The notes beneath the pieces were generated by a model. The model did not search any database. It was not told the origin of the DNA and was given only the letters and a program-made list of their open reading frames with translations. 64,000 nt of DNA from Clostridia bacterium. GTDB lineage: Bacteria > Bacillota > Clostridia > CAKSNL01 > HGM11501. The first letter of the stretch is position 1. Every line of letters begins with the position of its first letter. This document shows, piece after piece, positions 57,075 to 64,000 of this stretch. The stretch lies in contig JAFQQJ010000019.1 in assembly GCA_017411325.1 (NCBI GenBank), positions 129,540 to 193,539 of the forward strand. The letters are read 5' to 3'. Position numbers and translations under genes: made by a program.

Positions 57075-58054
57075 TACATTCCGAACCACTTATTAACCAG
57101 CATAAATATAAGAGGAATGGTAAGGCATGACAAAAGGTGTGAAACCACCGCCATACCTGCCGCCTTTGAGGTATCCTTTCCGTAGGCACTGGGAATTACA
57201 ACGGTATTTAAGCCGAGGGGCATTGAAAGTGCACAAACGGCACAGATAAACACCGTTTCATCAAAGGGAATGAATTTGGCAAGTCCCAAAAATGCCAATG
57301 GAATAATTATAAGCCTTATAAAGGTTGCCGCATAAATTTTAACATCGGTAAAGGTTTTCTTCATATCAATGGAGGAAACCGTGATACCCGTAAGAAGCAT
57401 TGCAACAGGACTCATACAGTCGCCGGACACCGTGATTACGCTTGTTATAAAGCCGGGAAGGCGTAAGCCCTCTTCGTTCCAGGGCATCGGCACCGTACTT
57501 AAAAGCCCTATAATCATACCTATTATCATAGCGATGAACATAGGATTTAAGAAAGATTTGAGGCTTTCTGTAAGACTTCTCTTTTCACCGCTTCCGCCGA
57601 TTAAAAGTGCAGGCACGCCCCAGAGATAAATCATTATCCACAAGGGCAGTGTGAAAATTATGTAATTCAAGAAAAGCTCTTCGGGGAAAAGTGCCTTTAC
57701 CACGGCATTACCCATAAAGCCGAAGTTTGCAAAGGCCAGGCCGTAGGTAAAAATGTTCTGCTCGTACTTATCCTTTGTAATCAGCTTTGAAATAAATGTG
57801 GCAATGGGCATCATAATAAGTATCATTATAAAGCTTATGCCGAAAACCTTTCCCGCCTGTCCTATTTTATTTACGGTGAAGTTGTTTATGAAGGTTCCCA
57901 TTACAAGGGCGGGGACAAAAAGGTTGTTTTCAAGCTTGGATAAAACCGTTGCCGAATTGTCGGGAATAATTTTGAATTTCCCCAGAATATAGCCTATTAC
58001 AATAAAGGCGAAAAGAAATGCTGTCTGATTTAATGTTGATAAAAATCCGTCCAT
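57074..58054 (-). CDS. AEC (auxin efflux carrier) family permease
   Basis: About 10 TM segments. FANFGFMG, NPMFIA, SPVAMLLTG, MP...NTVV motifs. Confidence 0.88.
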   Translation of the reverse strand: MDGFLSTLNQTAFLFAFIVIGYILGKFKIIPDNSATVLSKLENNLFVPALVMGTFINNFTVNKIGQAGKVFGISFIMILIMMPIATFISKLITKDKYEQNIFTYGLAFANFGFMGNAVVKALFPEELFLNYIIFTLPLWIMIYLWGVPALLIGGSGEKRSLTESLKSFLNPMFIAMIIGMIIGLLSTVPMPWNEEGLRLPGFITSVITVSGDCMSPVAMLLTGITVSSIDMKKTFTDVKIYAATFIRLIIIPLAFLGLAKFIPFDETVFICAVCALSMPLGLNTVVIPSAYGKDTSKAAGMAVVSHLLSCLTIPLIFMLVNKWFGM

Positions 58055-58213
58055 AATCTGCTTCCTTTCATTTAAACGTGTACCTTTTATTATAATTTAA
58101 TTCATATATTTTGTCAATATTATGATAACACGGCTGTTTCCTTCGTTCAATGTCTAAAACGGACTATTGGTTGTGGTTTATGAACTTTCTTATTATAACA
58201 TAATTCCCTCTAT

Positions 58214-58266
58214 TACGCAAGTGCGTATACGCAAAAATGTAAAATATTTTACAATATCTTTGTAAA
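58214..58266. promoter_or_regulatory. Cluster of palindromes upstream of the XRE gene
   Basis: TACGCA-AG-TGCGTA-TACGCA (58214-58233) and TGTAAAATATTTTACA (58238-58253). Confidence 0.5.
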
Positions 58267-58278
58267 GGAGGCCTTTTA

Positions 58279-58521
58279 ATGGACGTCAAAGATATAATAG
58301 TAAAAAGATTTACCGAGCTTTGCTCTGCCAGAAACATGAAAATCAACGAGCTTGCTAATATTTCAGGTGTTACTCCGTCAACCGCTTACAGTATGATGGA
58401 CCCTTCCCGCAGAGATGTATCAATAAGAACCATCAAAAAGTTTTGCGATGGATTGGAAATAACTTTAGGAGAGTTCTTTTCAACAAAAGATTTTGACGAT
58501 CTTGAACAGGAAATAAAATAG
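58279..58521 (+). CDS. XRE-family HTH regulator
   Basis: RBS AAGGAGG. ELANISGVTPST...TIKKFCDGLEITLGEFF. Confidence 0.88.
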   Translation: MDVKDIIVKRFTELCSARNMKINELANISGVTPSTAYSMMDPSRRDVSIRTIKKFCDGLEITLGEFFSTKDFDDLEQEIK

Positions 58522-58532
58522 GTTGTTTTGAT

Positions 58533-59042
58533 ATGAATTTACCAATCAGAAAAAGAACAAGATTAAAAGGTTATGACTATTCCGCTCCCGGAGAGTATTT
58601 TGTTACCATATGTACAGCTCAGAAAACGCATTTATTCGGAGAAATCAAAAACTCAGAAATGCATTTAAGCTCAATTGGCAAAATAGTTAATAGAGAAATC
58701 CTCGGTATAGCATCGCATTATGAAAACATCCGTATAGACAATTATGTTATTATGCCTAACCACATCCATATGATTATTGTTGTTGAACAAACTGAAGGGA
58801 TTAATCCCTTCCCTACGATAAAAAAATATGATATACCCAATGTGTTTGGAAAATTCAAGGCCGGAGTGACAAAAATTGTAGGGAATCCATTTATGCATTC
58901 CGCCAAAAAAATAATTTGGCAACCATCCTTTCACGATCACATAATACGTGGCGAAAAAGATCGCCTGAAAATTTCTGAATACATTAATACAAACCCTTTA
59001 AAATGGGAATTAGATTGCTTTTATAACGATGAAAGACCGTAG
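58533..59042 (+). mobile_element. Y1 HUH transposase, REP-associated tyrosine transposase (RAYT)-like, IS200/IS605 superfamily
   Basis: RK..RL..YDYS..G.YFVTICT, YVIMPNHIH (HUH), WQPSFHDHIIR, YI..NP catalytic Tyr. No tnpB. Confidence 0.88.
58794..58901. repeat. Two GTAG-tagged REP-like palindromes inside the RAYT coding sequence
   Basis: GAAGGGATTAATCCCTTC-CCTAC (58794-58816, reverse) and GTAG-GGAATCCATTTATGCATTCC (58878-58901, forward). Confidence 0.7.
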
Positions 59043-59060
59043 CAAACGCTACGGTCTTTT
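59031..59060. terminator. Bidirectional terminator
   Basis: AAAGACCGTAGC-AAAC-GCTACGGTCTTT. Confidence 0.75.
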
Positions 59061-59062
59061 CC

Positions 59063-61768
59063 TTATTTTTCTATTGTTATTGTCTGTGTTGCTCCGTCCC
59101 AGGAAACCTTATAGCCAAGCTGTTCGGATACGAATCTTAAGGGAATAAAGGTTCTTGAATTATTTATTCTGGGGGCAACGATTACGCCGTGTCTTACTTC
59201 ATTTACGAAAACTCGTGTATTTTCAATCTGGAAAATCATTTCTGTTTTTCCGTCGGAAACGGTGATTTTTTCCTCGTCGCCGTTCCAGGAAACAGTTGCG
59301 CCCATTTCTTCAAAGAGACCGCGAAGCGGAATCATTGTTGTTCCGTCAACGATGTATGGCGCAACATCAATAACCTTTGTCTTTTTCTCTTCGCCCTGCT
59401 TTACGGAAATTTCCTTGGAGCCTATTTTAAGGACATAGGCTTCCTTTTCGCTTTCCAGTCTTGCCTTCTGAACGTTTTCCGTTTCAAAGAAGCTTACATC
59501 GCCTGCCGATGCGTGGGATGACTGAATTTCTCCGTTGTCGTTAAGAGTTCTGAATATTTCAATCTGGAAATATCTTGCTTTTACCGATTCAGGGAAGGCA
59601 AGCATATGATAGTTATAGCTGTTTGCCTGGGTATCGTTGAAAAGGAAGGTGTCGATTTTTTCAAAATTATTTCCGTCAACGGAATACCATATTTCAAATT
59701 CAACCCAGTGACCGCTTCTGAAGCCACTTCCTCTGGGCATATAGCCGAGGGCGCTTATCTCATACTCTTTGCCGAGGTCAAATTCAAGTAATGCTGGCAT
59801 AACTTTCTGATTGTAGGCTGAGCCGTCCTCGTTTGTATATCTTGTGTGCCAGAGTGAATAAACGCTTTCGTCAAGAAGCTTTGAAGCATAAAGGCTGTGA
59901 GTGGGGTTTTCGCTGGACGCTGTTACCTTAACATCCTTTTCGTCGATTGCAACAAGGGCATAATCGCCGGGATTTGCCGCAATGTCGGATACCTCTACGG
60001 TTTTAAGTCTCTCAACCGGCTTTAATACCCTTATTTCTGCGGCAACACCAAAGTTTGATGCCGCATGGGTTATAGTAAGCCTTACCGCCTTTGCCTTTAT
60101 GTTTTTATTAAAGGAAACCTGGCAGGGTGTTCTGTCGCCAAAGCCTGAGTTTTCGCCGTAGTACATTGTATAATCAGTTACCACGGGAACAAAATTTTCA
60201 CCATCGTCGGAAACGGATGCCGTTACGATATAGAATATACCGCTGGATGCTTCGGGCTTCTGTCTGGGGTAATACCTTACGCCCGAAATCTCCTTTTCTT
60301 CGGGGAAGGTTATGGTAAAGTCGAAGGGAGGTGTATCCTGAGAAACGATTGAGCCGCCCTCTGCCTTATATGCTGAGTGCCAGTAGGTGTTCATTTTACC
60401 GTCGATGGCGTTTTCCGCCTTTACCATTACGCTGGAGGCTTCAGCCGTCCATCCTTCGGGAACATATTCATCAATTTCGTACTTGATATCAGCTGAAGGA
60501 GCGCTCGCCGCAGGTGTAGTAGTACCCGAAGCAGGCTTTTCTTCCTTCTTTTCTTCTGTTATTTTAACCCCGGTAATATCAGCCGCCTTTAAGGCTGCAT
60601 CGCTCTTTAAGAGATGAAGCTCCGCACAGGTGGAAAATCCGCCGTGACCGTTTGTCACAGTAAGGCGAAGTGCCTTTATCGTAACATTAGAATCGAACTT
60701 TGTAGCCCTTCCTCCCTCACGGTCGGAATATGCTCCGTTATAGGTATACTTCACATTTCCGAGAGAGGTGAAGTTTTCACCGTCAGCAGATATCTCAACC
60801 CCTGCCTCAAGAATTGTGCCTGCAACCGCACCGCCAAGGCGGGGATAATAGCGGAAGCCAGATACTTCAAGAGTATAAGGAAGCGTAAGGGTTAAAACGT
60901 GGGGATAAGGATCAATTTCCGTTATGGTAGAGCCCTCTGCCTTGTAGCTTGAATGCCATATGGTATCAATATTTCCGTCCACCACATACTTTGCAGAGCC
61001 TACGCCACTTGTTGCTTCCGCAACCCAGAAATCCATATCGGTTACTTCATCGTCGTGCTCTTTTTGGGGTTCTTCCTCTTTCTTGACATCATTAGCTCCT
61101 GCAGAAGCACCTGCTGCATTTGCCTTGGGGGATGCATTTTCTGCTGCAATATGCTCTGTGGGCTCTCCGTCCAAGGTTGCGATTATGAGCTTTTCTTTTA
61201 AGTCAACATCCTTAAGGCTTACACTTTTAAGGGTGCCGTCGCTCTTAAGAAGAGAAAGCTCTGCCATTGTGCCAAAGTCCGTATATGCACGAAGCACGTT
61301 TAATTTAATGGACTTAACCTTGACATTGCCCGTAAAGTTCACGGTTTTTCCGCCCTCACGGTCGGAATATGCACCGTTATACTGAAACTTTACTTCGCCC
61401 ACTTCTTCATAGTCCGTTCCGTTTTCGGAGGCGTAAATCATCACATCGTAAAATGTGCCCGATACCGCACCGCCGAGGCGGGGGTAATAGCGAAGACCGG
61501 ATATTTCCGTTACTTCGGGAAGGGTTAATTCGATTATGAAGGGTGGTCTGTCCTGACCGGTTATTGTTCCGCCATCAGCGGTATAGCTTGAGTGCCAGTA
61601 GGTATTTATATCACCGTCGATGGCATTTTTAACGGGAATAATTTCGCTTGATGCAGTAATTTCCCAGCCGTCCTTGGGAAGCTCATCGTCCGCCGCAAAG
61701 GAAGAAACTGCGGAAAACACAGAAATTATTAATGAAAGAGCCGCAATTAATGATAATATCTTTTTCAT
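59063..61768 (-). CDS. Secreted protein with 4 discoidin domains + stalk domain (module 4)
   Basis: True start MKKILSLIAA after GGAGG. Close paralog of 51634..54366. Confidence 0.85.
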   Translation of the reverse strand: MKKILSLIAALSLIISVFSAVSSFAADDELPKDGWEITASSEIIPVKNAIDGDINTYWHSSYTADGGTITGQDRPPFIIELTLPEVTEISGLRYYPRLGGAVSGTFYDVMIYASENGTDYEEVGEVKFQYNGAYSDREGGKTVNFTGNVKVKSIKLNVLRAYTDFGTMAELSLLKSDGTLKSVSLKDVDLKEKLIIATLDGEPTEHIAAENASPKANAAGASAGANDVKKEEEPQKEHDDEVTDMDFWVAEATSGVGSAKYVVDGNIDTIWHSSYKAEGSTITEIDPYPHVLTLTLPYTLEVSGFRYYPRLGGAVAGTILEAGVEISADGENFTSLGNVKYTYNGAYSDREGGRATKFDSNVTIKALRLTVTNGHGGFSTCAELHLLKSDAALKAADITGVKITEEKKEEKPASGTTTPAASAPSADIKYEIDEYVPEGWTAEASSVMVKAENAIDGKMNTYWHSAYKAEGGSIVSQDTPPFDFTITFPEEKEISGVRYYPRQKPEASSGIFYIVTASVSDDGENFVPVVTDYTMYYGENSGFGDRTPCQVSFNKNIKAKAVRLTITHAASNFGVAAEIRVLKPVERLKTVEVSDIAANPGDYALVAIDEKDVKVTASSENPTHSLYASKLLDESVYSLWHTRYTNEDGSAYNQKVMPALLEFDLGKEYEISALGYMPRGSGFRSGHWVEFEIWYSVDGNNFEKIDTFLFNDTQANSYNYHMLAFPESVKARYFQIEIFRTLNDNGEIQSSHASAGDVSFFETENVQKARLESEKEAYVLKIGSKEISVKQGEEKKTKVIDVAPYIVDGTTMIPLRGLFEEMGATVSWNGDEEKITVSDGKTEMIFQIENTRVFVNEVRHGVIVAPRINNSRTFIPLRFVSEQLGYKVSWDGATQTITIEK

Positions 61769-61781
61769 ATTTCCCGCCTCC

Positions 61782-64000
61782 TTATATAAGCTCTGCTGCA
61801 CGAAGTGCCGCATCAACATTTATTTCTTCGCCGAAAGCATAAATTCCGTTACCTAAGTTTCTTACGTCAAAACCGAACAAATCAAACATAAGCATTACAG
61901 GAACATATGCAATTCCGTCAACATCAACCACCGGGTGCTTAATCTTGATTTTCGCACCGTCAATTGTTGCCTCAAAGGTGCCCACGGTTGTATAAGCCAT
62001 ACCCTCTTTTGCATCAATCTTAAAGAAGTTACGCTCTCTTTCATAGGTTAAAAGCGTGGTGCCGTAGCCGATTGCATCCTTAAGCATTGTATAGGGAACA
62101 TAAGCTGTATTGTCAATTTCCCTCACACCGTAAGCGGTATTTGCCTCAAAGGCATCCATAACTCCGCCGCGGATAACTGCCTTGTTTGATCCGATTTTTA
62201 CAACGGTTGTATTTTTAAGGGATTCTCTGTCTTCTTTTGTTACAGCCTTTTGGGGAATTTCGGAATAAACATAGTTAAATCTTCCCGTGGGTGCAGTTAA
62301 ACCTATTATGTAGAAATTAAGAATGTCCGAATCGTCGGAATTGTCCGCCCACTTAAATTCGATATCGGTTACATTTCCGATTCCGACCAATGCTTTTGCT
62401 ACTTTAATCTGAAGCTGTTTGCCGGATAATACCTGTTCTGCCTTTCCGATGGCATTCCATGTACCGTTAAAGCTAAATACATCGGTATTTACAATTTTGT
62501 AGTCATAGCCTTCCCAGCCGGTTGCGTGATTTCTGTCAGAGTCGATATAAAGTGCCATCCAGTTATTGCCCCCGGGCGCTGTTATATCGCTTTCGCAAAT
62601 GGCACTAAACCAGATAAATTCATCGTTTCTTGCCGCCTTGGAAGTTTTTATATTGTTTCTTGCAGTTTTGTTTTCATAGTGATAATCTGCATAGCCGTCA
62701 ATATCTCTCTCGTATACACCCTTTACATTGTAGAACGTGGGTGCGACATTATCCCAGGATGCGGGATTTGCCATATCAATGGTGGTTTTCTCACTTGCAG
62801 CGGGAGCGGGACGAACACCCTTCCACTTACGGATAGCATCCACCATAAGCATAAAGCCGTGATCCTTGTTTTCGTCAACTGAAATGCCAAGGTCGCGGGT
62901 TCCGGGAGAATCGAAATGGTCAACAAAGGAATTTTTGAACTTGCCGATATAGTTTTCGTTTCTTACGGCAGTCCACTCGTTCCAGCTTGAAAGAATCATA
63001 ATTCTTGCATCTGTCATAAGTGCGCCGGATACCTGCTCTTCAAAGAAGAGGTTGTATACGGATGTGCCGCTCTTCCAGATATGGCCGTGGGTTTCGGTGT
63101 AGTTTTTGCCTCTTACAAGATGAGGAAGGCTCATAGGTGTAAGCGACGCATCAACGATTGATGCATTTCTTGCGGCAGATACGGAAACTGTTTCAGGGTT
63201 GCCGGCAGAATCCACACCGAAGGTTATCTGGGGATAACGGTCGGTAAATGTCCACTTTGTGGGCTTTCTGTCTTTCGTATGGCTCCAGTCGCCCTCACTT
63301 CCGCGGAAGGTGAAGAAATTCATAATTTCGTTGTAAAGCTTAACATCTTCGGGATCGTCCTTATCAAGGAATCGCTCGAGTGCTTCTTCGCTCGCCATAA
63401 TTAATGGCTTACCCTCGTGATAGTACCACAAATCTTCATAAAGTCCCTGTTTGTAGAAGGTTAAATAGAGATATTCAACCATATACTTGGTGTCGATAAC
63501 GGGATATGAAAGGCTGCTTAAAATTGTGAACTTGGGAACGTCAACGCCGCTTTTTTTCGCATCGGAGAAAGCCTCTAAAAATACGCCCATATTCCTTCTG
63601 AATATGCCTTTTCCGTTACTGTCGTCAAAATACAAAAAGTCAACGCCCGCCTCGGAAAGAAGCTCTGCATCCTTTCTGTAAACCCAGTAGTCAACGCCCG
63701 TATAGTAACCGTATAAGGGCTCCGCCCAGAAGTAGTTGGTTCTGCCCAACGGCCACGCCGGATGAAGGTATCCGTCCTCTTTATAGGCATCGGGATACAA
63801 CTTTTGGTATGTTGTGTTATTTATAACGTTTACGGTATCTTCCTGGTTTACGTTCCATATCCAGTAGAAAAGTCCTACTTCCTTGCCTTCCTTAACGCCG
63901 CCGACCTCGGAATAGTCAGCAACTGCTCTGCCAAGGCCCGAAACGCCTGCCCAGGTATCCGACCAGTCGTCCACAATCACATCATCTGACACGGGAACAT
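61782..64000 (-). CDS. GH99/GH71-like hydrolase + degenerate stalk domain (module 4), 5' end beyond the window
   Basis: VGLFYWIW, FWAEPLYGYY, LSSWNEW, TRDLGI. Close paralog of 54380..57031. Confidence 0.72.
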   Translation of the reverse strand, partial: VPVSDDVIVDDWSDTWAGVSGLGRAVADYSEVGGVKEGKEVGLFYWIWNVNQEDTVNVINNTTYQKLYPDAYKEDGYLHPAWPLGRTNYFWAEPLYGYYTGVDYWVYRKDAELLSEAGVDFLYFDDSNGKGIFRRNMGVFLEAFSDAKKSGVDVPKFTILSSLSYPVIDTKYMVEYLYLTFYKQGLYEDLWYYHEGKPLIMASEEALERFLDKDDPEDVKLYNEIMNFFTFRGSEGDWSHTKDRKPTKWTFTDRYPQITFGVDSAGNPETVSVSAARNASIVDASLTPMSLPHLVRGKNYTETHGHIWKSGTSVYNLFFEEQVSGALMTDARIMILSSWNEWTAVRNENYIGKFKNSFVDHFDSPGTRDLGISVDENKDHGFMLMVDAIRKWKGVRPAPAASEKTTIDMANPASWDNVAPTFYNVKGVYERDIDGYADYHYENKTARNNIKTSKAARNDEFIWFSAICESDITAPGGNNWMALYIDSDRNHATGWEGYDYKIVNTDVFSFNGTWNAIGKAEQVLSGKQLQIKVAKALVGIGNVTDIEFKWADNSDDSDILNFYIIGLTAPTGRFNYVYSEIPQKAVTKEDRESLKNTTVVKIGSNKAVIRGGVMDAFEANTAYGVREIDNTAYVPYTMLKDAIGYGTTLLTYERERNFFKIDAKEGMAYTTVGTFEATIDGAKIKIKHPVVDVDGIAYVPVMLMFDLFGFDVRNLGNGIYAFGEEINVDAALRAAELI

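Noticed and set aside
58533-59042. IS605 element with TnpB / omegaRNA
   Set aside because: No tnpB ORF and no room for one. The motifs fit the RAYT-like clade.
51634-64000. Diversity-generating retroelement behind the paralog variation
   Set aside because: No reverse transcriptase and no adenine-specific TR/VR pair was seen.

Overview
A chromosomal window from an uncultured-looking Clostridia (Bacillota) bacterium; the taxonomy is inferred from gene content, SLH and stalk-domain surface proteins and sigma-A promoters. Housekeeping genes are partial mreB, comEC, holA, tRNA-Arg(ACG), an ABC-F ATPase, ddh, a type IIA topoisomerase A subunit, metF and metH. They are interleaved with a large glycan-foraging complement: GH78, a DUF2961/GH172 enzyme, an unknown GH-like protein, a 3480-aa SLH-anchored protein with about 12 discoidin (F5/8C, CBM32-like) domains, and four paralogous two-gene modules. 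Each module pairs a CBM6-like + GH99/GH71-like enzyme with a non-catalytic multi-discoidin protein, and both end in a copper-amine-oxidase N-terminal-like stalk domain. The best candidates for under-described systems are: (1) a small intact GIY-YIG nuclease gene embedded in higher-order arrays of TGTC-tagged palindromic (REP-like) repeats, with a distant dimer of the same repeat carrying a 21-bp tandem expansion; (2) the repeated enzyme + lectin stalk-domain module; (3) an AT-rich cassette array resembling orphan polymorphic toxin/immunity modules; (4) a RAYT-like Y1 transposase with GTAG REPs inside its own coding sequence; (5) an unannotated XRE/excisionase-like switch with twin operators. 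All family assignments come from motif recognition only, with no database search.
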